From assembly GCA_963769935.1 (NCBI GenBank), contig CAVYNY010000007.1, forward strand, positions 64,001 to 128,000: a DNA stretch of 64,000 bases, in the 5' to 3' direction. Shown piece by piece: positions 50,598 through 60,309 of this stretch (position 1 is its first letter; each line of letters opens with the position of its first letter). The translations under genes and the position numbers were made by a program. The DNA comes from an uncultured delta proteobacterium (GTDB lineage: Bacteria > Desulfobacterota > Desulfobacteria > Desulfobacterales > JAFDCJ01). The notes under the pieces are model-generated. The model worked only from the letters and a program-made list of their open reading frames with translations. It was not told the origin of the DNA and did not search any database.

Positions 50598-50646
50598 AAA
50601 AAAAAACTGGAAGCGGCTGCTTTTCCAGGCCCGGCAGCGCTTCCAG
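50598..50646 (-). terminator. Rho-independent terminator
   Basis: CTGGAAGCG-GCTGC...GCAGC-GCTTCCAG with A9 on the plus strand. Confidence 0.7.
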
Positions 50647-50671
50647 AAAGTTGGGATAGGACAAGGATTCT

Positions 50672-51610
50672 TTACTTCAATTGATCCGTCATATCTTCAG
50701 CCGATCCGATAATATAATGGGATAAATCCCGGGCTTTGGGTTTACGCGGATCGCTCCAGTCATAGAAACCTGTTCCGCTGCTGGCGCCGTACTCTCCGTT
50801 TTTCACCATGCGCATGAGAGTTAAGGGCGGATACATGCGGGGATCATTGGAGGCCTGATACATCTGGAGCGCAACGCGCAGCATTGTGGGGGATGTGACA
50901 AAATCATGGAGCTTAAATGTTCCCTGGGGATGTCCCAGACTGGTGTTCAAACCGATGTCGCCGTCTGCTACTTTTATTTTGCCCTGCTCCAGCAGGCGCA
51001 CGGCATCCAGCATCTGGGGAACAAGCAGCCGGTTGACCCAGAAGCCGGGAATGTTGGGTGCCAGGAAGGGGGCCTTTTTCATTTCAAGCAGGGTTTGGCG
51101 GGTGAATTCGACGGTTTCGCCGGTGGTCCTGTCTCCCGGCACCACCTCAACGCCGGGCATCAGAGGCACCGGGTTCATCCCATGGGTAATGATCGAACGC
51201 GCGGGCCGGCCGCCGGCCGCGGCCATTGGATTAATATCCAGACTGCTGGTGTTTGACCAGAACACCACATTTTCGGGCAGCTGGGGCAAATAATCTGAAA
51301 GGACCGAGCATTTGAGTTTCAGATCTTCAAAGATGACTTCCAGAAAAACGTCACAGCTTTGGGCAGCATCGATGAAGCCCTTTTTGTTTTCGTGGGCGGT
51401 AATTTTTTGGGCGGCATTCGATACAAAATCAGGATCATCGATTTTAAATTTTTTGGCTACCGTCGCGGCCAGTTTCTCGCATCCGGCTGCAACCCCGGCA
51501 AGAATATCCGAGTTTGCATCAAAACAGTGCACATCGTGTCCGGTCATTGCACATTGCGTAATCCAGCCGCGTCCCATAATTCCCGTACCAAGAATTGCGA
51601 ATTTCATCAT
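50672..51610 (-). CDS. 3-hydroxyacyl-CoA dehydrogenase family
   Basis: GTGIMGRG, EVIFEDLKLK, SNTSS, HGMNP, PGFWVNR, GTGFY. Confidence 0.9.
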   Translation of the reverse strand: MMKFAILGTGIMGRGWITQCAMTGHDVHCFDANSDILAGVAAGCEKLAATVAKKFKIDDPDFVSNAAQKITAHENKKGFIDAAQSCDVFLEVIFEDLKLKCSVLSDYLPQLPENVVFWSNTSSLDINPMAAAGGRPARSIITHGMNPVPLMPGVEVVPGDRTTGETVEFTRQTLLEMKKAPFLAPNIPGFWVNRLLVPQMLDAVRLLEQGKIKVADGDIGLNTSLGHPQGTFKLHDFVTSPTMLRVALQMYQASNDPRMYPPLTLMRMVKNGEYGASSGTGFYDWSDPRKPKARDLSHYIIGSAEDMTDQLK

Positions 51611-51627
51611 TTTCCTCCCTGTTTTTT

Positions 51628-51724
51628 AGTCTTTCTTGTTTTTTTTTAGCCATTAATGCAGAAACTTTTTTGTCACGAAATCACGAAATGGAAAAAACAC
51701 GAAAGAAAAGAGAGATTTCGTGCT
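51628..51724 (-). repeat. 3' half of the CACGAAA-family element
   Basis: Reverse complement agcacgaaa...tttcgtg...tttcgtgacaaaaaagtttctgcat...aagact matches the 3' ends of 40699 and 46225 copies. Confidence 0.7.
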
Positions 51725-52132
51725 CACGCCGGCGCTGCGCATCCCAATATTCTTATTATTTTGGTGATTGATTCTATAGGGTTTCCTGATACAGCAGGAT
51801 TTCCGATTCACTGCGAATCCGGCAGCGGGATCTCCGTTGCGCTGCGACCGCCTTTTCCGGGTTAGGCTGCTAAAGTGAATAAAGAGTATAGAAAATTGAT
51901 GTTTCATGTGTCAAATAAAAATTTTCCAATTTTGACCCGCTATCCCGGTATTCCAATATTCCCGTCCCGCTAAACCGTGATGAAGGCGCGTAAACACAAG
52001 GTATTAAATCGCCTGGCTAATAGGTTGTGGTTTATCCGGGTCAAGGGTTGACATAATGTATTTGATTTTTAGATTCTTTCATACGATAAAGAAATGTAAT
52101 CTTACGATGGATCGAATAAACGGTAACAGGCA

Positions 52133-53182
52133 ATGGGCTTCTTGAAAAAAAAGACGTTGATGGGAATGTCGCGAACCTGCGGCTGAGCGGCCAAAATAGG
52201 TCCGGCGGATCTGTCGGAAGCGTTGAAAGATTTGGAACCATCGGGTGATGAGAATTTGCTTGTCGGGTATGAGACCAGCGACGATGCAGCCGTGTATCGC
52301 CTGACATCCGAAATCGCCCTGATCAGCACAGTGGATTACATTACACCACCGGTTGATGATCCTTACTGGTTTGGGCAGATTGCAGCCGCAAATTCGCTGT
52401 CCGATGTGTATGCCATGGGCGGAAAGCCGTTGACGGCTCTAAACCTGGTGATGTTTCCATCCAAGAAACTGGACCTGGGTTTGCTGAAAGACATCCTGCG
52501 CGGCGGCAACGATAAAATTAAGGAGGCCGATGCATCCATGGCGGGCGGTCATTCGGTGGATGATAATGAACCGAAATACGGGTTGGCGGTGACCGGGAAA
52601 ATCCATCCGGATCGAATACTGACCAATCGGGGCAGCCGGGCAGGCGATGCGCTTATTTTGACCAAACCGCTGGGAACGGGGGTGCTTTTCAACGCCAATC
52701 GTTCCGGCAAACTGCCTTACGCTGAGCTGGAAGTCATTTTACCCCGCATCGCCGCGCTGAACCGCAAGGCCCTGGAGACCGCTTTAAATTTTAAGGTCCA
52801 TGCCTGCACCGATATCACCGGATTCGGTATCCTGGGCCATAGTTTTGAAATGGCCCGGGGCAGCGGCGTGCAAATTGAACTGGATTACGACCGGCTGCCC
52901 TTTTATCCCCATGCCCGGTCGATGTACCAGAAGGGTGAAACCACCGGCAGCAACAAGGCCAACCGGCAACTGGTCGGCGGGCACTGGGAGGCGGTCAAAT
53001 CCATGGCTTTTGATGAAGAGGAACTTCTCTTTGATCCTCAGACGTCCGGCGGACTACTGCTGTCCGTGCCGGAAACCGAGGCGAATAAACTGTTAGAAGC
53101 ATTGCATGCGGCCGGTGTCGATACTGCAGTTCGCGTGGGTAAGGTCGCCGGCGGGGATCGGCCGTTGGTAAGGGTGGTTTAG
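52133..53182 (+). CDS. selD: Selenide, water dikinase (selenophosphate synthetase), selenoprotein with Sec18
   Basis: ATG 52133 reads MGFLKKKTLMGMSRTCG-(TGA 52184-52186)-AAKIGP in frame with DDAAV, ANSLSDVYAMGG, DITGFG, DPQTSGGLL. Confidence 0.93.
52187..52214 (+). promoter_or_regulatory. Bacterial SECIS-like hairpin
   Basis: AUAGGUCC-GGC-GGAUCUGU stem; G-starting apical loop begins 17 nt after the UGA. Confidence 0.7.
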
Positions 53183-53371
53183 AATTGAATATGGAAAATT
53201 GAAGATTGAATATTTTCGGTATTCTATCTTTTTATACTAAAATAATTTTAAAAAATATCTACGGGAAGACTGACAATGTATTGCTGCTGCGGTAAGCTGC
53301 TTCGCTTCGTTTTCCATATTTCAGATCAGACAGTATTCATCAAATATTCAATATTCAATTTTCAATATTCA
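53183..53371. repeat. Inverted-arm heptamer element (ATTGAAK family); related single arm at 37468-37499
   Basis: aattgaatatggaaaattgaagattgaatatt ... aatattcaatattcaattttcaatattc. Confidence 0.72.
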
Positions 53372-54772
53372 TTTCCTAATGATCGCTTTGGCAGGTATCA
53401 ACCCCGTTGCGCTTGCCGACACGATGTTGCCGGCGACCCCCGGGCCATCGCCGGCTACGTACATTCCGCTCATCTTCGTTTCCAGGTCGTCACTGGTGTC
53501 CACCTGGGTGGCAAAAAATTTAATCTCCGGTGCGTAAAGCAGGGTCTCGTCATTGGCCACGCCCGGAACGACACAGTTTAACTTTTCCAGCCCCTCAATG
53601 ATGTTGGCCAGGATTCTTTCCGGCAAGGCCATGGCAATGTCGCCGCAGACAACATCTTTCATCGTCGGCTCGATATATCCCTTGTGGATCCGATGCCACG
53701 TGCTGCGGCGCCCCCGCTTGAGATCGCCAAAACGCTGCAAAATAGGCTTGCCGCCGCCGATCAGGGTGGCCAGGCTGCCGATGCGTTCCCCGTAGGCCTG
53801 GTTGTCCGTGACCGGTTCTGTGAGAATCACTTTGGAAAGAAAAGCAAAATTGGTGTTCGCTGATTTCTTATCCATGTAAGCATGGCCGTTGACGCAGACA
53901 AAGTCGCTGTATCTTTCCAATGAAACGAAGCCGCCTTTATTGGTGCAGAAGGTGCGCGTCTGATCGTCGTACTTTCCGGTCTGAATGAAAAATGTGGGGT
54001 CATAGATGATATCACACAGATCCTGCATGATGTCATTGTGAACTTCGACCCTGACACCCACCTCGATGCCGCGCTGTTTAAGCCCGATACCATGTTTTTG
54101 CGCCTGTTGCCCGACCCAGTCGGCACCCGCCCGGCCGGGAGCGAGAACTATATTGGGGGCAAAATAATTTTTACGGTTGGTTGCGACACCGACGGCGCGA
54201 CTGTTTTCGATTAAGACCTCTTTAACCTCTTCGGAGGTGTGGATCACCACCCCTTGGGATTTGATGTAATCTGCCATACCGGCAATGTAATCAGGCAGAC
54301 GGTCGCTGCCCAAATGCTTCTGCTTTATGATCAGCAGATCGATGCCGTAGCGCTTGGCCCGTTTGCGGATTTCTCTCGCCTGATCCATGTCGGTGGGAAA
54401 GGAAGGTCCGTCCATGCCGAATTTGTTGAAAATTTGCTCGGTTTCGTTAATCAGTTCTTCAGCCTTGTGAATCGGCATGAATTGGGATAGATCGGTTTTC
54501 CCCAATTTATAGATGTAGTTTAATTTGCCGTCCGAAAACAGTCCGGCTCCCCCGATGCCGCTCAGAATATTGCAGGGCTTGCATTTGATGCATTCTTGAT
54601 AGGAATTGATCGGACAATTGCGTCTCTTAGGACCTTTGCCTTTTTCAATAAGCAGTATCTTTTTGGAGGAATGCTCGCTTAAATGATAGGCCGCAAACAA
54701 CCCGGCCGGTCCCCCGCCGACGATGATGACATCATAGTTGAAAGTTTTATCCGTTGCTTTGGTATCCGTCAT
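53369..54772 (-). CDS. Uncharacterised FAD-dependent oxidoreductase (COG2509-like)
   Basis: IVGGGPAG, GGAGLFSDGKL, GVRVE, RTFCTN, LYAPEIKF, AGDGPG. Confidence 0.85.
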   Translation of the reverse strand: MTDTKATDKTFNYDVIIVGGGPAGLFAAYHLSEHSSKKILLIEKGKGPKRRNCPINSYQECIKCKPCNILSGIGGAGLFSDGKLNYIYKLGKTDLSQFMPIHKAEELINETEQIFNKFGMDGPSFPTDMDQAREIRKRAKRYGIDLLIIKQKHLGSDRLPDYIAGMADYIKSQGVVIHTSEEVKEVLIENSRAVGVATNRKNYFAPNIVLAPGRAGADWVGQQAQKHGIGLKQRGIEVGVRVEVHNDIMQDLCDIIYDPTFFIQTGKYDDQTRTFCTNKGGFVSLERYSDFVCVNGHAYMDKKSANTNFAFLSKVILTEPVTDNQAYGERIGSLATLIGGGKPILQRFGDLKRGRRSTWHRIHKGYIEPTMKDVVCGDIAMALPERILANIIEGLEKLNCVVPGVANDETLLYAPEIKFFATQVDTSDDLETKMSGMYVAGDGPGVAGNIVSASATGLIPAKAIIRK

Positions 54773-54864
54773 AGATCCTCATTTTGATCCAGCATTCCAA
54801 TATACCCGTATGCCGGCATCCCGGTAGGTTTTTGGCGATCTATCAACAAGTTTTGCAACTATGC

Positions 54865-54892
54865 CTGTTTGGTTCCGGCTTGTCCGGGTTAT
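54865..54892 (-). repeat. 5' terminus of the TAACCCGGACAAGCCGG element
   Basis: Reverse complement taacccggacaagccggaaccaaac matches 40701-40725. Confidence 0.65.
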
Positions 54893-54896
54893 AAAT

Positions 54897-55532
54897 TCAG
54901 GTTTTTAAAACGGCACCTTCCTTGAATTCGGCTAAATCCTGTTTGTAGGCAAATCGGATTCTCTGCAGGGCGGTAAAATTGGCCAGAACGGCAACCAGCC
55001 AGATGGCGAATTCAAAAGCAGCCGGGTGAATCAGGGCGCCCAAACCGATCAACACAAGTCGTTCGGGTCGCTGCATGATACCCACTTTGGCTTCGAAACC
55101 CAGACTTTCAGCGCGCGACCGGGTATAGCTGACCATAAACGATCCGCATAGGGCCAGGAAAACGGCCGCCGATGTGCCGAAATCCTCCGTGTAGAAAAAA
55201 TGAGCAGCAATACCGAGAAACATGATAAATTCCGAATAACGATCGACGGTGGAATCCAACAAAGCGCCGAAACGCGACGCTTTGCCGGTGGTGCGTGCCA
55301 ATAATCCGTCAATGGTGTCGCAGAATCCGCCAAGCAGAATCATGGCGCCAGCCAGGCGGATATAACCCGTCAAGAAAGCGGCCGCCCCCAGGGAGGTGAC
55401 AACTACCCCCGCAATGGTAAAGGAGTTTGGATTCAATCCCCATTTTGAAAACAGCGTTATAAGCGGTGACAGCAGTTTTTTGAAACTGTCTTGCAATCGC
55501 TGCGGAATTAAACGCCTACTCGAATTAGCCAT
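54897..55532 (-). CDS. CDP-alcohol phosphatidyltransferase
   Basis: PNSFT, DTIDGLLAR...GALLDSTVDR signature, SYTRSRAE, RPER. Confidence 0.9.
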   Translation of the reverse strand: MANSSRRLIPQRLQDSFKKLLSPLITLFSKWGLNPNSFTIAGVVVTSLGAAAFLTGYIRLAGAMILLGGFCDTIDGLLARTTGKASRFGALLDSTVDRYSEFIMFLGIAAHFFYTEDFGTSAAVFLALCGSFMVSYTRSRAESLGFEAKVGIMQRPERLVLIGLGALIHPAAFEFAIWLVAVLANFTALQRIRFAYKQDLAEFKEGAVLKT

Positions 55533-55642
55533 GTGATTGCCCTCTGGTCCGGTTTTTTCTTGTTTGCTTTTCAAATTCCACTCTCAGGCCTGAGGCATAG
55601 TATCACATTTTCAACAGGGAAATAAAGCCCGCATTCTAAAAC

Positions 55643-55690
55643 CTCTATCGTCTGCCCTCTGTTCTCTGCTTTCTGTCCTCTATCCTCTGT
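55643..55690. repeat. CTCTGTC-type heptamer tract starting at the pfkB stop
   Basis: ctctatc-gtctgcc-ctctgtt-ctctgct-ttctgtc-ctctatc-ctctgt. Confidence 0.65.
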
Positions 55691-56562
55691 CATCCGTCCA
55701 GGCTAAGCATATCGGCGGCAATGTATTTTCCCTCTACCTGCCGGGCCGCAATTTGAGCTGCATACCGGCAGGCGTCAGGGATTTCTTTTCCAGCTGAAAA
55801 CCGGCTCACAAGGTAGGCGGCAAAGAAAACATCACCGGCGCCTGTTGGATCTACCGGAACTTCAATGCTCTCGGCCAGATAATGAAAGGCAGCGCCGTTT
55901 TGGATTTGAACAAATCCGCCTTCTTTCCCTAAGGTAACCAGCAGTTCCCTGATATTAAACTTACGCAGCAGTTCCGCCGGACCCATGCGGTAAAAATCGA
56001 GAACGGCACTAAATTCCACCCCATTTGCCTTGACTATGTGGGCGATGTTTAAAGCGCGTTCCAGATGCTCCGAAATCGATGTATATACCTGTTTGTTTTT
56101 CAGTTTACGGGTGAGCCCCTGAACATCCAGAAATATCATCCGGTTTGAATTGTGCAGTAAACCTGCGGCTTCCCATTCAATATCCAGAGGGTGCAGGGGG
56201 CCCAGGTGCAGTCCGTCCACCTGGTCTAGGACTGCCTGAATCTGGGCCGCTTGAATCGATCCGGCCTGCTGCGGCAATTCTTGGCTGCGGCCGTCCCCTT
56301 TGATATAGTTGATAAAGCGCGTGGTGTGCGTCGATTCTCCCCGGCAGACGGTGATGTTCTCCGCCGATAACTTATCCAGGATTGCCAGATCCTGCTGCGC
56401 CAGGTTGCTGACAATCAAGGTGTGGATGCCGTGTCTGCGGTAGGTCAGGCCTGAATAGGTGGTGACACCGCCCAATTTAAAAATGCCGCGATCATTTTCG
56501 ACGATCTTATCGATGGTCGTCGATCCGACAACGGCGATGCCATTTTTGAATGTTTTAATCAT
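55690..56562 (-). CDS. PfkB/ribokinase family kinase
   Basis: LGGVTTY, LDVQG, VTLGKEG, DPTGAGDVF. Confidence 0.88.
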   Translation of the reverse strand: MIKTFKNGIAVVGSTTIDKIVENDRGIFKLGGVTTYSGLTYRRHGIHTLIVSNLAQQDLAILDKLSAENITVCRGESTHTTRFINYIKGDGRSQELPQQAGSIQAAQIQAVLDQVDGLHLGPLHPLDIEWEAAGLLHNSNRMIFLDVQGLTRKLKNKQVYTSISEHLERALNIAHIVKANGVEFSAVLDFYRMGPAELLRKFNIRELLVTLGKEGGFVQIQNGAAFHYLAESIEVPVDPTGAGDVFFAAYLVSRFSAGKEIPDACRYAAQIAARQVEGKYIAADMLSLDG

Positions 56563-56587
56563 GCTTCAAATCTGCTAAGCTCTAACC

Positions 56588-57610
56588 ATGATCTATAACC
56601 TTGCCCAACATCTGCGTCAACCAATTAATATAGGAAGTAAATCCATTAACAGCCGGCTGGTCCTGGCGCCCATGACATTCCTGGGTCATATTGCTTTCCG
56701 TGAACTTGTGTCGCAATACGGCGGCTATGGCCTGCTGTTTTCAGAGATGTGCAGCGCCCGGGCCATCCCGGCAGAAAACCGGTATGTTTCAGCTTATTTC
56801 AGGTGGCGGGATTCAGAGCGCTCCAGACTGGTCTGCCAGATATTTGGTGCCAATCCGCAGGTTATGGCTCAAGCCGCCCGCCGGATCGAACAGGAAGCAA
56901 TGTTCGGTGTGGACATCAATTTCGGATGCGCCAACGGCAGTATCTGCCGCAGGAATTGCGGCGCCGCAATATTGAAAGATCCCGATCTGGCCGTCAAAAT
57001 TGTGGCCAAGGTGCGCCAGGCTGTATCGATTCCGGTGTCCGTTAAATTTCGCACAGGATGGAAAGATGAACCCGGGGAGGCTGCGAAACTTGCCGCAGGA
57101 TTTGAAAGTGCCGGCGCCGATGCCTTGATTTTCCATCCAAGGGTGGCGCCGGACCGCCGCTCCCGGCCGCCCAAGTGGGAGTATATCGGTATGGTTAAAA
57201 ATGCCGTCGCGATACCGGTGTTCGGCAACGGCGATGTGTTTGACCGCAGCGACTGCAGCAGGATTTTAGAGGAGACCGGTTGTGATGGTGTCGCCTTAGG
57301 AAGAATGGCCATCGCAAGACCCTGGATATTTGCGGAGTGGACCAATGATTTTAAGCCCGGTCCTGATATTTTTCGTGACACTGCGCTTCAACTGGCCGGG
57401 TTGCTTGCAAAGCATTACGGTCCCCGGATGGCCATCAGACGCTACAAGCGATTTGCCTATTATTTTTGCGCCAACTTTCGATACGGTCACACCTTGTATT
57501 CACAGGTATTGAACGCACCCGATATGTCCCGGCTCACTCAAATTATTCATCGATTTTTCGATCAAGCCCCTGATCTGGTTTCAAGGCCCAACTTGAATTT
57601 TTTTCAATAA
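56588..57610 (+). CDS. tRNA-dihydrouridine synthase family
   Basis: LAPM, SEM, QIFG, DINFGC, VKFRTG, GNGD, GRMAIARPWIF. Confidence 0.88.
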   Translation: MIYNLAQHLRQPINIGSKSINSRLVLAPMTFLGHIAFRELVSQYGGYGLLFSEMCSARAIPAENRYVSAYFRWRDSERSRLVCQIFGANPQVMAQAARRIEQEAMFGVDINFGCANGSICRRNCGAAILKDPDLAVKIVAKVRQAVSIPVSVKFRTGWKDEPGEAAKLAAGFESAGADALIFHPRVAPDRRSRPPKWEYIGMVKNAVAIPVFGNGDVFDRSDCSRILEETGCDGVALGRMAIARPWIFAEWTNDFKPGPDIFRDTALQLAGLLAKHYGPRMAIRRYKRFAYYFCANFRYGHTLYSQVLNAPDMSRLTQIIHRFFDQAPDLVSRPNLNFFQ

Positions 57611-57731
57611 CCGGATCAAAACCCTGACAGATTAGCTAGTTTAATGTCAGCTTTTGATTCATTTTTTTTCAATTTAAGGTTGGAAATATCTAAATATATT
57701 GATATTAAATTATAATTTTTAAAAGTCTAGA

Positions 57732-57748
57732 TTGGCATGTTTCATGCT
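57732..57748 (+). promoter_or_regulatory. Possible sigma54 promoter
   Basis: TTGGCATGTTTCATGCT (GG-N10-GC) downstream of an AT-rich tract. Confidence 0.45.
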
Positions 57749-57918
57749 CGCAAAAGGAAGCGATGAGGTATTTTTCTGATTAGAACATTTTTTGGGTTTT
57801 CCGCTCAATTGGGATTTTCCAGAGGCGGATATATTTTCGCCTTGATCCAAGTGCCTTGTACGGTTTGATATTTTGACGCAGGGCATCCACCGGGTTTTCC
57901 GGGTTGGGGTTACAGTTG

Positions 57919-59646
57919 ATGAGTATTGCATTGACCTATGAAGAATTGAGAACGAAACTCGCCGAATTAGAACAAAAATCCGCGGTCCGGGAGCAAGCTG
58001 CGGCGAAGGCTGCAAATCTCAATAATGAACTCGAACAACGGGTGGCCGAGCGTACGTCCGATTTGCACGAGATAATAAAACTGCTCAAGTTAGAAATAAC
58101 AGAGCGTAAGCGGATTGAGGATCAGTTGAGAGATTCGGAAAATAAATTCCGAATTCTGACCGAACTCTCACCCCTGGGTGTTTCACTGATTGGCAGTGAT
58201 GGTCGCTATAAATATGTTAACCCCCGGTTTGTTGAGATTTTCGGCTACGCGCCGGCAGAAATCCCTACCGGGCGGGACTGGTTTCTCAAAGCCTTCCCTG
58301 AAATCAGTAATCGCCGGCAGGCTATGGCAGCGTGGATGCATGATCTCAAGGAGGCCGAAGTCGGCGAGGTACGCCCGCGTATTTACGAGGTGCGATGCAG
58401 CGACGGTTCCGATAAAACGATCAATTTCCGACCCGTAACGATGGAAGGGGGCGATCAATTCGTAATTTATGAAGACGTCACGGAACGCAGGCGCTTGGAG
58501 GCTCACCTGCAGCAGGCCCAGAAAATGGAAGCTATCGGTACACTGGCCGGCGGGATTGCTCATGACTTTAATAATATCCTCGCGGCCATACTGGGCTACG
58601 GTGAATTGCTGGCCTTTGACATGCCCAAAGATACTCCTGCCTGGCAGAACCTGCAGGCGGTGCTCAAATCCTGTCATCGGGCCAAGGATCTTATCGGCCA
58701 AATCCTGGCCTTCAGCCGCCAGAACGAACGGAATTCAATGCCGGTTCGAGTCAGCGCCATCGTTAAAGAGGCCCTGAAAATGTTGAGAGCCTCTCTGCCC
58801 GCCACGATTGAGATTCGCCGGCATATCGAAACTCCGGACGGCATCGTCAATGTCAATGCCACTCACATACATCAGGTTTTGATGAATCTGTGCACCAATG
58901 CCAGCCATGCGATGCGTGAGAAAGGAGGGGTGCTCGGGGTAAAATTGAGCCGATGGCACGCCGAAATGGCAGAACAACTGCCCCATCCCGATCTGACGCC
59001 CGGGACTTTTTTGAGACTCAGTGTGAGTGATACCGGCCATGGTATGACAGCCGAGCAGATGCAGCGAATATTTGATCCGTATTATACCACCAAAGATGCC
59101 GGTGAAGGGACCGGTCTGGGACTGGCGGTCGTTCAGGGAATCGTCAGGGCCCACGGCGGTGCCATCAAAGTTAAGAGTTCACCTGAAAAGGGATCGGTCT
59201 TTGATGTATACCTGCCCGAAATGCAAAAAGAAATCATCACCCAAGAGGAACCTATCCAACCTTATCTTACCGGCCATGAGACCATTCTATTTGTGGATGA
59301 CGAACAGGCCCTGGTGGCCATGAGCAAACAAATGCTCGAATTATTGGGCTATAAAGCGGTCACCCGAACCAGCAGCCTCGAAGCGTATGACCTGTTTCGG
59401 CATGATCCGGGTAGTTTCGACCTGGTAATTACCGATATGACCATGCCGAATATGACCGGCGAAAAGCTGGCCGGCAAGATTTTGGCGATCCGGCCGGATA
59501 TCCCTGTGATTCTGTGCACCGGCTACAGCGATCAAATTACGGAACAGCGTGCCAAGGATATGGGAATCCAGGCCTTTGTCATGAAGCCGCTGATCATGAG
59601 GGATTTAGCCGGCACGATTCGAGAGGTGTTGGATAAAACCGGATAG
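57919..59646 (+). CDS. Cytoplasmic PAS hybrid histidine kinase with REC
   Basis: Coiled coil, PAS, GGIAHDFNN, GTGLGL, ILFVDDE, TDMTMP. Confidence 0.92.
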   Translation: MSIALTYEELRTKLAELEQKSAVREQAAAKAANLNNELEQRVAERTSDLHEIIKLLKLEITERKRIEDQLRDSENKFRILTELSPLGVSLIGSDGRYKYVNPRFVEIFGYAPAEIPTGRDWFLKAFPEISNRRQAMAAWMHDLKEAEVGEVRPRIYEVRCSDGSDKTINFRPVTMEGGDQFVIYEDVTERRRLEAHLQQAQKMEAIGTLAGGIAHDFNNILAAILGYGELLAFDMPKDTPAWQNLQAVLKSCHRAKDLIGQILAFSRQNERNSMPVRVSAIVKEALKMLRASLPATIEIRRHIETPDGIVNVNATHIHQVLMNLCTNASHAMREKGGVLGVKLSRWHAEMAEQLPHPDLTPGTFLRLSVSDTGHGMTAEQMQRIFDPYYTTKDAGEGTGLGLAVVQGIVRAHGGAIKVKSSPEKGSVFDVYLPEMQKEIITQEEPIQPYLTGHETILFVDDEQALVAMSKQMLELLGYKAVTRTSSLEAYDLFRHDPGSFDLVITDMTMPNMTGEKLAGKILAIRPDIPVILCTGYSDQITEQRAKDMGIQAFVMKPLIMRDLAGTIREVLDKTG

Positions 59647-59837
59647 GTTTCATTGTAAACATTTCATCTCAAGGTTCCCATCAATTTAAGGCGACTGTTG
59701 TAAGTTATTGTCTTTTTTTTCTTCACCTTACTTTAATCAATACTTGAATATAAAAAGTAGAACAAGAATTGAAATTTAGGATTTTTTAAACTATGATCCC
59801 CTTTTAATCTCTACAATTTACCCAATGGAGGTCAAGA

Positions 59838-60257
59838 ATGAAATTTGTTCGTCAGACGTTGAAACCTGTCAGCTTTTTCCTGGCTATTTTTGTGCTGATG
59901 ATCTCAGGTCCATTTCAATCCGCCCACGCGGCCATGATCGGAACGGAATCCGTGCTGGACACATCCAGAGGCCAGCAGGCCCGGGTCTATCTCAAGTCAC
60001 TGCTGGCGCGCGAGGATGTGCGGGCAGCCCTGGTTGCTCGCGGCCTGGATCCGTTGGAGGCCAAGTCTCGCATCGACAGCCTTTCGGATGCCGAGGCCGT
60101 CAATGCAGCCGGCAGGTTCGATCAACTGCCGGCCGGCAGCGGGATTCTGGAAGCAATACTCATTATTTCATTTCTGGTCTTTCTCATACTGCTGATTACG
60201 GATATTGCCGGGTACACGAATGTTTTTCCGTTTGTTCATCACCACATAAAGAAGTAG
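59838..60257 (+). CDS. PA2779-family exported protein
   Basis: AHAAMIGTE, GLDPLEAKSRIDSLSDAE, LPAG, LLITDIAGYTNVFPF. Confidence 0.8.
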   Translation: MKFVRQTLKPVSFFLAIFVLMISGPFQSAHAAMIGTESVLDTSRGQQARVYLKSLLAREDVRAALVARGLDPLEAKSRIDSLSDAEAVNAAGRFDQLPAGSGILEAILIISFLVFLILLITDIAGYTNVFPFVHHHIKK

Positions 60258-60309
60258 GGCGTGTCACAGCGCCTGCGCAAAGACTTGACAACAGAAGAGG
60301 ACTCCGAAT

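Noticed and set aside
51730..52040. Riboswitch or ncRNA between the 3-hydroxyacyl-CoA dehydrogenase gene and selD
   Set aside because: Only weak GC hairpins and no recognisable consensus; an Rfam/Infernal search would be needed
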